Shown piece by piece: positions 10,914 to 20,719 of a DNA stretch of 64,000 nucleotides. The notes below the pieces were generated by a model, which saw nothing but the letters and a program-made list of their open reading frames with translations, was not told the DNA's origin and ran no database searches. Made by a program: the position numbers and the translations under genes. This stretch comes from an uncultured Candidatus Saccharibacteria bacterium (GTDB lineage: Bacteria > Patescibacteriota > Minisyncoccia > Phycocordibacterales > UBA9973). Positions within the stretch are counted from its first letter, which is position 1. Each line of letters begins with the position of its first letter. The DNA is taken from NCBI GenBank assembly GCA_964473175.1, contig CAYYNN010000003.1:7057-71056 (forward strand). Reading direction: 5' to 3'.

Positions 10914-11429
10914 ATGACATATAACCTTCATCCAATTTTTGTCCATTTTCCTATTGCACTCCTTGTTCTTTATTCCATTATTAAAGTGGTGCCACTCCGT
11001 AGATGGTTTCCAGCGGTGTCTTGGAAGGATATTGAGCGGATACTGCTCGTTATCGGTATTACAGGGGGATTTGCAGCACTTTCATCTGGTGAGACAGCGG
11101 AACATCTCACTCGTCCAAATCACGGTCTCGTTGATGCACATTCATTGTTTGCAACCGCAGCGGTATGGATGTATTCGGCATTACTAGTGGGGGAACTATT
11201 GTCGATACTAACGCCGCGGATTGTCACAACATTAACATCCTCAAAAATAATAAAAATAGTGGTATTTTTTAGAGACCTGCTTACACACTCTATTCTCTCG
11301 ACTGTGCTAGCTATTTTAGGACTCATTGCTATCTCAGTTACAGGAGTATTGGGAGGAGTTATGGTGTACGGAACAAGTGCTGACCCTATTGCGCCAATAG
11401 TTTTGAAAATACTTGGTATTTCGCTATAA
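10914..11429 (+). CDS. DUF2231-like membrane protein
   Basis: HPIFVHFPIAL N-terminal motif; 4 TM segments. Confidence 0.55.
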   Translation: MTYNLHPIFVHFPIALLVLYSIIKVVPLRRWFPAVSWKDIERILLVIGITGGFAALSSGETAEHLTRPNHGLVDAHSLFATAAVWMYSALLVGELLSILTPRIVTTLTSSKIIKIVVFFRDLLTHSILSTVLAILGLIAISVTGVLGGVMVYGTSADPIAPIVLKILGISL

Positions 11430-11487
11430 GATTTTTTGTTGTAGATGACCTTTGTTCAAATAAGGTTGATTACTATATACTAGCTCT

Positions 11488-11889
11488 ATGCAAAACAATA
11501 ATAAAATATTTATGACAATCGGCATGCTTATCCTTGGAATAGGCATTGGCTGGTTTGTGTGGGGTACCACAAAGCCAGAGCAACAATTACAGACTAACAA
11601 TGGCCACATGATGCCAGACGGTACGATGATGGGCGGCAGCGACTCAGCTATGAGCGCTATGATGGATGATATGAACGCTGCGCTTCGAGGCAAGACTGGA
11701 GATACGTTTGACAAAGAATTTCTCGCAGAAATGATTGTTCATCACCAAGGCGCAATTGATATGGCACAGCTTGCACTCACCAATGCAAAACATCAAGAGA
11801 TCAAAGACCTTGCAAACACTATTATAAAAGCTCAGACGTCTGAGATTGCACAGATGAAAATGTGGCAGAAAAATTGGTATAGCCAATAA
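11488..11889 (+). CDS. DUF305-family protein
   Basis: EFLAEMIVHHQGAIDMAQ motif; N-terminal TM segment. Confidence 0.65.
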   Translation: MQNNNKIFMTIGMLILGIGIGWFVWGTTKPEQQLQTNNGHMMPDGTMMGGSDSAMSAMMDDMNAALRGKTGDTFDKEFLAEMIVHHQGAIDMAQLALTNAKHQEIKDLANTIIKAQTSEIAQMKMWQKNWYSQ

Positions 11890-11898
11890 GGTAAAATA

Positions 11899-11929
11899 AA
11901 AAACACCTGAAAAGGTGTTTTTTATTTTG
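11899..11929 (+). terminator. Rho-independent terminator
   Basis: Hairpin aaacacctgaaaaggtgttt followed by a T-tract. Confidence 0.7.
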
Positions 11930-12057
11930 GTTATTTGTAGGATGTGGATCAAGAAAATCTACTAGCAGCTATGGCGGGTGCCCCCCAGTCGACACGTTCA
12001 GAACTCATAAAAGAAAAAATCCACTGAGGTAGTAGATTTTTTCTACCACTAAGTGGA

Positions 12058-12258
12058 TTATTGGTTCATCCAGTAGGAAAATTTCCCCCACCAGGTTAAC
12101 TCTGAACGATGATTTTTCCAAAGAAAATCCATTAGGCCCAGAATCGAATTAATTGTTGCTTTAATTGCTACTTTTTCACCGTTTGACAATGTGAGGCTAT
12201 GTAGATTACCTTCTTTTGTCCAAACAGCTTTTGATGTGTAATTCGCAAATATATTCAT
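12058..12258 (-). CDS. Small hypothetical protein (66 aa)
   Basis: ORF with a bidirectional hairpin at about 12017..12062 just downstream on the minus strand; no similarity recognised. Confidence 0.25.
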   Translation of the reverse strand: MNIFANYTSKAVWTKEGNLHSLTLSNGEKVAIKATINSILGLMDFLWKNHRSELTWWGKFSYWMNQ

Positions 12259-12548
12259 TTTTTTTGTTTATTTAATTGTTATAAATTATTAGGTTGTCTC
12301 TGGTCCCAAACAGGGAACACAGAAAACCCAACAAAATCAACAGTAAATAACCAAATATCTTAAAGAACTACTATAGTTATATAATAACATGAAATACTAT
12401 AAAAGTCAAGTAATAGCTCGACATGGTGCGAGATATTGGAACCTTCTGGAAGACGAATAAGGAGCTCATTTGGCTACCGAATATTAAGCAGGGGTTCTTT
12501 GGGATTAAGCAGCCTACCGCTAAAGAAATGGCGAATTATCGCTAATCT

Positions 12549-12806
12549 CTAGGGTACAAAGTTAGCAGCCTTATCGATAGCCTCCTCTTTTGCTGGTTGT
12601 ACCTGTTCATGCCAGCATGCCTTGATATCCCATCTGATCGGCCATTCAAATATACAATTGCTAGCGAAGAAATAGATAAAGGCTCCTATAAACACCACAA
12701 CGAAAACAATGGCCGTGAGAACCCATTGGAATTTCTCCTGCTCAGACATTTTGCGGTCCTTATACTTTCTTGGTTTATAGTATTTATATCTACCCATATT
12801 GGGCAA
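12549..12806 (-). CDS. Small single-TM hypothetical protein (85 aa)
   Basis: Basic N-terminus then a hydrophobic helix; sits in the island flank. Confidence 0.3.
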   Translation of the reverse strand: MPNMGRYKYYKPRKYKDRKMSEQEKFQWVLTAIVFVVVFIGAFIYFFASNCIFEWPIRWDIKACWHEQVQPAKEEAIDKAANFVP

Positions 12807-12859
12807 TATATTACCACTTTATTGACTTGTAATGCTATTCGATCAATGATCGTCGGTGT

Positions 12860-13063
12860 ATGAAAAATGAAACAGAAACATTCCCCAGACACACCTGCCA
12901 GTTTTGCGGCTGTGATCGTAAATTGGTCCAAACCCTGATTGATGACGAGTTTATCTGGGATGAAAAATCTCAAACATACGTACCTAATGGATTTACAGAT
13001 ACTTTTGAGCATACCGGTTATGCATACTGTCCCGAATGCAAAGAACAATGGACCGGAGCGTAA
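12860..13063 (+). CDS. Small zinc-ribbon protein (67 aa)
   Basis: CQFCGC ... CPEC cysteine pairs. Confidence 0.3.
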   Translation: MKNETETFPRHTCQFCGCDRKLVQTLIDDEFIWDEKSQTYVPNGFTDTFEHTGYAYCPECKEQWTGA

Positions 13064-13271
13064 CTTTTAATTTGAGATCCTCATATTAAAGGTTAAGGAT
13101 CCAAACTTTAATATGACTATGTAAGCAAAACTGCACCCGATCGTCTATAAAAGTGGTTATCCACATTGAATGGGAACTAATTGAAATAATTGTCAATCTA
13201 GGTTATACTATATTTAGTCTCATCTACCATGCGTAGAAGGAGCATCAGAAACCGTCCCGCAAGGGGCGGTT

Positions 13272-13772
13272 TCAGCTTTTAGGGGTATTCTTTCTGTAGT
13301 TATCCCTCTCTCTTTTAAATGATTCAATGCGGTGAGTGCTTGTCACATGATAGGCACTCAATAAGACAAATTTAGTACTTCGCTTTGATAGCACTACCGC
13401 AAACTGTCCTTCCTCGTACCAAATTACAAAGTTTTTAGAAGACTTTCTCTTACTTTCCCAATATGAAATATTCGGATGTGTTTCGTGGTTTTTAATGACC
13501 CAAGCGATCCAAGAAATACGCTCGCACCGTCTCATGTCTGGCGTTCTTTCAGACTCTTTTTCTCCCTCAGATATGATATGCCAGAAAGTAAAATGTTTTC
13601 CTTTTGTGGGCTCGAAATATCTAGTTTTAATCGGTAGGCCGAGAAAAGTTAGACTGCCATTTACAATGGTATCCTGGAATATCTTAAAAAGAGCATCCTC
13701 GTATGGTTGCCAATCTCCAGGAAATTCAAAGATTTCTGGTGGCTGCTGATTATCTATTGCTTCGGTCGCCAT
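13272..13772 (-). CDS. Uncharacterised 166-aa protein, downstream partner of the DUF3800 gene
   Basis: Start overlaps the DUF3800 stop by 19 nt, indicating translational coupling; hairpin at 13248..13273 follows; no family recognised. Confidence 0.5.
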   Translation of the reverse strand: MATEAIDNQQPPEIFEFPGDWQPYEDALFKIFQDTIVNGSLTFLGLPIKTRYFEPTKGKHFTFWHIISEGEKESERTPDMRRCERISWIAWVIKNHETHPNISYWESKRKSSKNFVIWYEEGQFAVVLSKRSTKFVLLSAYHVTSTHRIESFKRERDNYRKNTPKS

Positions 13773-14470
13773 ACAAGAACGTTAAATTTATCCTCATCCT
13801 TTGCAGAAGACGTAAGCATTTCAGTCTCTCCGATACTGCTCTTTATGACTTCTATTACTTTCTTTTTACCCTCATTTGAGCTTAATGCTCGGTGGGTATA
13901 AGAAAGTGCACCAATAAGAATATCTACTAATTGCATGAGCTCGACTTCATGGGACCTAATCTGTTGTGCCTTCGAGACAGCAAACACATCCTCAACACTC
14001 GCAATGTTGAGTATTCGCTGTAATTCCTGAACTTTTACGTTGCTCTTGGTATCCTTGATATCGAGATAAAGATTGTATTCTGATGTTTCAGCCTCTCTTC
14101 CCACTATCTGGTTAAGCAGAACATAGAACATTTTGTAATACCAAGTGTTGTGGTCCTGTCCAAAAGCTGAGTGGTCCAAAATACTTTTGTCAGGTACTAC
14201 CACCCCCCTAAAGTGTAGGTTTTCATTGCTGAAGAAATACTTTGCTAGGTCACAGTAATAGTCAGCTTTTGCCGGTGATACTTTTGTCCATTTTGCCTCA
14301 AAGTTTTCAGCCAGCTTGTGTTTGATTTTAATATCTCTCAAATCTTGGAATATCTCAGCTGTCTTGTCCTTAGAAACCCATACAGCTCCAAGCACAAAAG
14401 TCTTGTTTTTATCATTCAACAAGTGGCAACTTTCATCGCAATAAATATTATAGGTTTTTTTGGCTTCCAT
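13754..14470 (-). CDS. DUF3800-family protein
   Basis: N-terminal YNIYCDES motif typical of DUF3800 (YxDESG) and the DILIGALSY region; divergent from the restriction-modification operon. Confidence 0.55.
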   Translation of the reverse strand: MEAKKTYNIYCDESCHLLNDKNKTFVLGAVWVSKDKTAEIFQDLRDIKIKHKLAENFEAKWTKVSPAKADYYCDLAKYFFSNENLHFRGVVVPDKSILDHSAFGQDHNTWYYKMFYVLLNQIVGREAETSEYNLYLDIKDTKSNVKVQELQRILNIASVEDVFAVSKAQQIRSHEVELMQLVDILIGALSYTHRALSSNEGKKKVIEVIKSSIGETEMLTSSAKDEDKFNVLVWRPKQ

Positions 14471-14545
14471 GCGGAAAATATTTTACCACATTTAGCCTAT
14501 TTTATATAGGAGAAAACCTTTATTTTTAGGTGAAAAAATGGTAAA

Positions 14546-14746
14546 GTGTTGTGTAATATGACTCCGGTTGCAAGTCCAAACAAAATAGAAACCTACATCA
14601 AGTGCAAGAAGTGTGGCACCGAGGTTTTTACTATTACAAACGGTGGATTAACTGCATGTAAGTGTGGGGCTATTTCGGTTGATGGGTCAAAGGATCTTGT
14701 AAGGGTTCTCGGGAATTCTGAGGACTACGAGGAAATACAAAAATAA
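14546..14746 (+). CDS. Small zinc-ribbon protein (66 aa) immediately upstream of hsdR
   Basis: CKKCGTEV ... CKCG cysteine pairs; ends 5 nt before the hsdR start. Confidence 0.35.
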   Translation: MLCNMTPVASPNKIETYIKCKKCGTEVFTITNGGLTACKCGAISVDGSKDLVRVLGNSEDYEEIQK

Positions 14747-14750
14747 ATTT

Positions 14751-17309
14751 ATGAACAAAAAAGAAGCATCAGCAAGAATAAAAATAAACAAACTCCTCGA
14801 GGAAGCAGGATGGCGTTTTGAGGCGGATAAAAATGGTCCGGCAAATATTCAACTTGAGCCAGGAGTTAAATATTCTGAACTTGGTGATGATTTTGAACAT
14901 GAGGTTCATGGTTTTATAGACTTTCTGCTTTTAGATAAAGACAATCGACCGCTACTCGTTGTTGAAGCGAAGAAAGAATCCATTGATCCACTTTCTGCAA
15001 AAGAACAGGCTAGAAACTATGCTCGAAATGTCGGTGCTCGCTTTGTCATTCTTTCAAACGGAAATATTCATTACTTCTGGGATACAAAGCATGGTAATCC
15101 AGATACCATCTCACGATTCCCAACACAAGAATCAATTACTCAGTATGAGAAATACACACCTAATCCTGCTGAGCTTGCGAACACACCAGTCGATGAAAAC
15201 TATGTCGTGGAGACTCAGATGCCCACCTTTGCAAAAGACCCTGCTTTCCAAGATGAATCTACTCGCTCTGAGTTTTTGAGAACCAATAACCTTAAGCAAC
15301 TTCGTCCTTATCAGGTCCAGGCTATTAAAGCACTTCAGGAATCAGCAAAAGAAGGTAAACAGAGATTTTTGTTTGAAATGGCAACAGGTACAGGAAAGAC
15401 TCTTATCTCGGCAGCAGTTATTAAACTATTCTTGAAATCTGGTAACGCACGCAGGGTCCTATTCCTCGTGGATAGAATCGAACTTGAAGATCAGGCTTTT
15501 AAGGCGTTTAGAAATTATCTTGGTAAAGACTTTGGTTGTGTGATTTACAAAGACAGTCGTGACTCATGGCAGAAAGCTCAAGTAGTAGTTTCAACAATTC
15601 AATCATTCCTCGCTGGTGATAAATATCGCAAAGAGTTTTCACCTACGGATTTCGAGCTGGTTATCTCAGATGAATCACATCGATCAATTGGCGGTAATAG
15701 TCGTGCGGTATTTGAATATTTTGTGGGCTATAAACTTGGCCTTACTGCTACTCCTAAAGATTACCTTAAGGGGTTTGATAACGACGGTGCCGACACTCAA
15801 AGAGAATTTGAGAGACGACAACTACTAGATACCTATAAAACGTTTGGATGTGAGGCAGGACAGCCAACATTCCGCTATGACCTTATAAAAGGTGTTCAAG
15901 ATAAATTCCTTATCAATCCTGTAGTGGTAGACGCTCGTACAGAAATTACAACTGAGCTTTTGTCAGACAAAGGCTATGCGGTCCACACCACAACCGATGA
16001 TGGTGAGTTGATTGATAAGGTTTTTAACGAACGACACTACGAAAGAAAGTTCTTCAATGAAGAGACCAATATTGCCATGAGCAAGGCATTTATCGATAAC
16101 GGCTTATTCGATCCTGTAGCGAAAGAGCTTGGTGTGAACTTGTTTGGTAAATCTATCGTGTTCTGCGTCTCTCAAAAACATGCGGCAAGAGTTACAAATA
16201 TCCTCAATAGGCTAGCATTTGAAAAGTGGCCAGACCTGTACAGTGAGTCTAACTTTGCAATGCAAATAACATCTCAAGTGTCCGATGCGCAGCAGATGAC
16301 GATTAACTTTGCCAACAACATGCTCGGTGGTAAAACAAACAAGCCAGAGGGATACGATTCAAGTAAAACTCGTGTTTGCGTGACTGTAGGAATGATGACA
16401 ACTGGATATGATTGTCAGGATATTTTGAACATTGCCCTTATGCGACCAGTGTTCAGTCCCTCAGACTTTGTCCAGATCAAGGGTCGTGGTACTCGAAAGC
16501 ATTTATTTGAATATCAAGATTATTCGACAAATGATAGAACTGCTTTTCCTAAAGACAAATTCAAGTTCTTCGACTTCTTTGCTACATGTGAATATTTTGA
16601 AAAAGAGTTCTCATACGATGAAAAGATAAAGCTACCTACTATTAAACAGCTTACCGGTCCCGAGACCTCGATTGATACCAATGCTACTCAAGGTGAGTTT
16701 GTAGATGAGAATGGTCAGAAGATATTCAAAGGACCTGTAGATATTGATACAGATGACAAAGTCGTATCAGTAGCTGAGACTCATGTCGGTGACCAAGGTA
16801 TGCGCATTGATCGTGAAGGTTTCAAGCGTGCCATAGAAGAAGACGTGCTTGGAAACCAGACTCTCAAGAATATGTGGGATAACGGCGACACTGAGGAAGC
16901 TGAGGATTACGTAAAGAAAAATATCCTTGATAAACCTAAGCATTTCCTCAATCTTGCTAATATTCGTAAATTGTTTAATGTTGATCGTCGCATCACCGTT
17001 AAGGAGTTTTTACAGGTAGCATTTGGACAAAAAACAGGCTTTGAAACAAAAGACGACTTACTAGAATCCGAATGGACCAAGTTTACAGAAGTGAATCCTG
17101 TGGACCAAGAACACTTTGATGCAGTTAAGAGTTTTTTCAAAGCTTACATTGTCGACAGTGAAGTGAGAGAGATTATTAAAAAGAATACTCCTGCTCAGTT
17201 TAACTTCTGTGCCACCTTCGGCTTTGATGAATATCAGAAACTAAATGGTTTCAAAACGGTCGTACCTCAATACATTAATGATTACGCTTATCAGCTAACC
17301 AACCTATAA
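14751..17309 (+). CDS. hsdR: Type I restriction enzyme R subunit-like protein (N-terminal PD-ExK nuclease plus SF2 helicase)
   Basis: HsdR_N-like D...VVEAKK motif; helicase motifs ATGTGKT, DESHRS, LTATP and QIKGRGTR. Confidence 0.8.
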   Translation: MNKKEASARIKINKLLEEAGWRFEADKNGPANIQLEPGVKYSELGDDFEHEVHGFIDFLLLDKDNRPLLVVEAKKESIDPLSAKEQARNYARNVGARFVILSNGNIHYFWDTKHGNPDTISRFPTQESITQYEKYTPNPAELANTPVDENYVVETQMPTFAKDPAFQDESTRSEFLRTNNLKQLRPYQVQAIKALQESAKEGKQRFLFEMATGTGKTLISAAVIKLFLKSGNARRVLFLVDRIELEDQAFKAFRNYLGKDFGCVIYKDSRDSWQKAQVVVSTIQSFLAGDKYRKEFSPTDFELVISDESHRSIGGNSRAVFEYFVGYKLGLTATPKDYLKGFDNDGADTQREFERRQLLDTYKTFGCEAGQPTFRYDLIKGVQDKFLINPVVVDARTEITTELLSDKGYAVHTTTDDGELIDKVFNERHYERKFFNEETNIAMSKAFIDNGLFDPVAKELGVNLFGKSIVFCVSQKHAARVTNILNRLAFEKWPDLYSESNFAMQITSQVSDAQQMTINFANNMLGGKTNKPEGYDSSKTRVCVTVGMMTTGYDCQDILNIALMRPVFSPSDFVQIKGRGTRKHLFEYQDYSTNDRTAFPKDKFKFFDFFATCEYFEKEFSYDEKIKLPTIKQLTGPETSIDTNATQGEFVDENGQKIFKGPVDIDTDDKVVSVAETHVGDQGMRIDREGFKRAIEEDVLGNQTLKNMWDNGDTEEAEDYVKKNILDKPKHFLNLANIRKLFNVDRRITVKEFLQVAFGQKTGFETKDDLLESEWTKFTEVNPVDQEHFDAVKSFFKAYIVDSEVREIIKKNTPAQFNFCATFGFDEYQKLNGFKTVVPQYINDYAYQLTNL

Positions 17310-17313
17310 AACT

Positions 17314-19815
17314 ATGAATGCAGAAACCAAAAGACATATAGATGCAGCCAGGCAGGTCCTCGTAGGCGTGGTCCCTAACCCAACTTCTCAAATAGATCAG
17401 ATCACCAATGCACTCATCTATAAATTTATGGATGATATGGACCAATCTGCAATCAAGTCTGGTGGCGAAGCATCATTTTTTACAGGTGACCTCGAGAGAT
17501 ATGCTTGGACCAGACTCATGGATACTCGTGTTGGAAACCAAGAGCGAATGAATCTCTATTCAGAGGCATTGGTAAAGTTTTCAGAATCAAAACAACTTCC
17601 GGAACTATTTAGAAATATTTTCAAATCAGCATATTTGCCATATCGGTCCCCAGATGTACTCGGGCTATTTCTAAAAGAGATAGATTATTTTAATTACTCA
17701 CATCCCGAAGAATTGGGAAATGCATATGAGTATTTACTTTCAATCATGTCATCACAAGGTGATGCTGGGCAGTTCCGCACACCGCGTCACATTATCGATT
17801 TTATAGTTGAGGCAGTAAATCCAACCAAAGATGACAAGGTCCTAGATCCTGCATGTGGTACTGGAGGCTTCTTGATTAGTGCCTACAAAAATATTCTCAA
17901 GCAACACGATGGTAAAGATGATCCAAAGAAAAAGGAAAAGCCTCTTACTCCCGACCAGCGCCGAACTTTAATGCAAAACTTTGAAGGGTATGACATCGAT
18001 CCTGGAATGGTCCGTATCGCACAGGTAAACATGTACCTACACCAATTCAAGAATCCAAAGATTGTACAGTATGACTCGCTTTCAATGGATGAAAGGTGGA
18101 ATGATAAATTTGATGTGATATTAGCAAATCCACCATTCATGTCTCCGAAGGGTGGTGTAAGTACTCATAATAAGTTTGGTATTCAATCGACTCGGTCCGA
18201 AGTGTTGTTTGTGGACTACATAATGAATCATCTTAGACCAAAAGGTCGCGCCGGCATCATTGTGCCAGAGGGAATAATCTTCCAGTCGGGCGCGGCTTAC
18301 CAGCAACTTCGGAAAAATCTTGTAAACGATGGTCTGTATGCTGTAGTAAGTTTGCCATCCGGAGTATTTCAACCTTACAGTAGTGTGAAAACTAGTATTT
18401 TATTTTTTGATAATGAAATCTCCAAGAAAGCTAGTGATGTTTTGTTTGTAAAAATTAATAATGATGGTTTTGAGCTTGGTGCTCAACGGAGACCATTAAA
18501 AACAAGTCATATCCCAGCTGCGATTGAGATATTGCGCCTTTATAAACAACGTGTTCTTGAAGGTGGAAAAATCACATTTCAAAGTGATGATGAGTTTGCG
18601 GTGCTAGTTCCGAAGGAAAAGATAGCAAAAGACAATGATTACAATCTTTCAGGTGATCGTTATCGCGCTACGTCTGATTTTACTAGTACTAAATATCCAA
18701 TGGTTAGGATAGATGAGGTTTGTGAGATATTAAGCGGTGGCGGTTTTCCAGTAGACGAACAAGGCGCTACAAATGGAGATATTCCATTCTTAAAGGTTAG
18801 TGACATGAACTTACCTGGTAATGAAATATGGATTAATCATGCAAATAACTTTGTTAATAAGGAAACACTGAAAAAACTTAAGGTTAAAACTGCGCCAAAA
18901 GGAACAATAATTTTTCCTAAGATTGGTGCAGCCATCGCTACAAATAAAAAGAGAATTTTATCTCGGGAATCTGCTTATGACAACAATGTTATGGGGTTAA
19001 TACCTAATGAAAAAATAAATCCATCCTTTCTTTTTTACTTGTTGAAACAACTTAATCTATCTGATTGGGCATCTGCATCAGCTTTACCATCAATAAGAAA
19101 ATCAGATGTTGAAAAATATTTGATTACTCTTCCGCCACTTGAAGTTCAAAAAGAAATTGTAGAGCAAATTGAGGTTAGACAAAAGGCTATCCAGGGCGCT
19201 CGGGAAGTTATCAAAAATCTAGAGAGAGAGAGACGATATTTTGGCCAGTCACTTAAAAAGTTAAATTATCAAATGACAGACATGGCTAATATATTTAATA
19301 AAGTAAGTGATCAGATTAATCCGCAACAATATGATTATGAGGTAGTTTATATTGGGCTTGAAAATATTGAATCTAACTCTGGTGTTCTAGTTGGGGATAT
19401 AAAATCTAATACAAAATCAATTAAAAGCATAAAGGGGGCTTTTAAAAAAGGAGATATCCTTTATGGAAAACTAAGACCGAATTTAAATAAGGTATGGTTT
19501 GCTAACTGTGACGGAATTTGCTCAACAGATATTTTAATTCTGCGTCCCACATCAAAAGAAATATCATCAAAAGTTTATTCTCTTATTTTGCAGAGCGATG
19601 AATTTAATCGAGAAGTATTGAATGGTATCAAAGGTGCTCAATTGCCCAGAGTAAGTTTTGATTATATATCTAAAATAAAGATCCCCGTTATTCCATATGA
19701 AGATCAGAACAAATTTATTTCAGAAATGGAAACAGAAGAAAAAGTAATCGAGTTAAACAAGAAAATTATTGAAATCCTGGAGAATAAGATTTCTGTAACC
19801 TTGAGTGAAATATAA
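17314..19815 (+). CDS. N6-adenine DNA methyltransferase (HsdM-like) fused to a single HsdS-type target recognition domain
   Basis: DPACGTGGFL motif I and NPPF motif IV; C-terminal roughly 380 aa resembles an HsdS recognition domain with a conserved helical spacer. Confidence 0.8.
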   Translation: MNAETKRHIDAARQVLVGVVPNPTSQIDQITNALIYKFMDDMDQSAIKSGGEASFFTGDLERYAWTRLMDTRVGNQERMNLYSEALVKFSESKQLPELFRNIFKSAYLPYRSPDVLGLFLKEIDYFNYSHPEELGNAYEYLLSIMSSQGDAGQFRTPRHIIDFIVEAVNPTKDDKVLDPACGTGGFLISAYKNILKQHDGKDDPKKKEKPLTPDQRRTLMQNFEGYDIDPGMVRIAQVNMYLHQFKNPKIVQYDSLSMDERWNDKFDVILANPPFMSPKGGVSTHNKFGIQSTRSEVLFVDYIMNHLRPKGRAGIIVPEGIIFQSGAAYQQLRKNLVNDGLYAVVSLPSGVFQPYSSVKTSILFFDNEISKKASDVLFVKINNDGFELGAQRRPLKTSHIPAAIEILRLYKQRVLEGGKITFQSDDEFAVLVPKEKIAKDNDYNLSGDRYRATSDFTSTKYPMVRIDEVCEILSGGGFPVDEQGATNGDIPFLKVSDMNLPGNEIWINHANNFVNKETLKKLKVKTAPKGTIIFPKIGAAIATNKKRILSRESAYDNNVMGLIPNEKINPSFLFYLLKQLNLSDWASASALPSIRKSDVEKYLITLPPLEVQKEIVEQIEVRQKAIQGAREVIKNLERERRYFGQSLKKLNYQMTDMANIFNKVSDQINPQQYDYEVVYIGLENIESNSGVLVGDIKSNTKSIKSIKGAFKKGDILYGKLRPNLNKVWFANCDGICSTDILILRPTSKEISSKVYSLILQSDEFNREVLNGIKGAQLPRVSFDYISKIKIPVIPYEDQNKFISEMETEEKVIELNKKIIEILENKISVTLSEI

Positions 19816-20491
19816 ATCTATGAAGAAGGCAGCTAAAAATCAGTTAGTAAATTATGACAAGCAACTTGAACAACAACAAGAAAAGTTTTTAATCTTGCTT
19901 GGTAATAATGGCCTACCAACTGAGGGTATATTTGTCCCAATCAAAGAAAGAATAGCTGTTTTCTCTAACGCTAACTCTCTGCTCGATAATATAGATAATG
20001 GTCAAAGGTCCGAGGCAATATATGTTTCAAAATTCTTCGCAGCTGTTGGTGCCGGTCTATTTGATGCTGCTTTAAATTATATCTGGGACGAAACTATTCT
20101 TCATTTAAGAAAACGTGTAGAGGTCTATGATCTTGAATATTTCTATGAAATAGCTGCCTCTCCAGATAAAAGAAAAGACCTAAAAACCATTGACGATATT
20201 TCAAAGCTTACAGACGACGAATTGCTTAGAGGTGCTCTCAAAATTGACCTAATTTCAGAAACTGGCTACAGAAATATGGATCTTGTTAGGTACATGCGTA
20301 ACAACGCTAGCGCGGCACATCCTAATCAGCTAGATATTACAGGGCTGAAACTTACGTCAATGGCTGAAGATTGTTTGAGAGAGGTAATCTCTACACCGAT
20401 TCCTCCTGCTGCAATCGCAGTTCAAAAACTTCTCGAGAACATTAAGACAACAGCGATGACAGCTAGTGACGCTAAAGAATCCTTATTTTAA
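19805..20491 (+). CDS. Uncharacterised 228-aa protein translationally coupled to the methyltransferase
   Basis: Start overlaps the methyltransferase stop by 11 nt; no family recognised. Confidence 0.5.
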   Translation: MKYKSMKKAAKNQLVNYDKQLEQQQEKFLILLGNNGLPTEGIFVPIKERIAVFSNANSLLDNIDNGQRSEAIYVSKFFAAVGAGLFDAALNYIWDETILHLRKRVEVYDLEYFYEIAASPDKRKDLKTIDDISKLTDDELLRGALKIDLISETGYRNMDLVRYMRNNASAAHPNQLDITGLKLTSMAEDCLREVISTPIPPAAIAVQKLLENIKTTAMTASDAKESLF

Positions 20492-20496
20492 GCGGT

Positions 20497-20641
20497 AAAA
20501 GTAATGCACCATTTTTTGCACTTTTTACACATTACGATAAGGACAGTCCTAAGAAAGTAATTCCTACAGTTAGGAAAATTTACAGCCTTAGGATTACAAC
20601 GTTGGTCCCGAAAAGTAATGCAACACGTTTTTCACTTTTTG
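20497..20641 (+). repeat. Two copies of a roughly 31-bp direct repeat (aaaagtaatgcaNcaNNtttttNcacttttt), 114 bp apart
   Basis: Copies at 20497..20527 and 20611..20641; short inverted repeats tcctaa/ttagga lie between them. Confidence 0.35.
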
Positions 20642-20673
20642 AGATCGACAATATAAACATTCCAGTTGCGCGG

Positions 20674-20719
20674 AAAGAGCTGAGTCACTCGCAACTGGGA
20701 CTCAGCTCTTTCTGTTTTC
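20674..20719 (+). terminator. Perfect 11-bp-stem hairpin with a T-rich tail; terminator or operator
   Basis: agagctgagtc, a 12-nt loop, gactcagctct, then ttctgtttt. Confidence 0.4.

Noticed and set aside
11940-12060. Searched for a direct repeat of the tRNA-Asn 3' end (attL) near gcgggtgccccccagtcgacacgttcagaac
   Set aside because: There is only a vague resemblance (a C-run and ttcagaac). An att site cannot be called by eye, so the island boundary is left uncertain.
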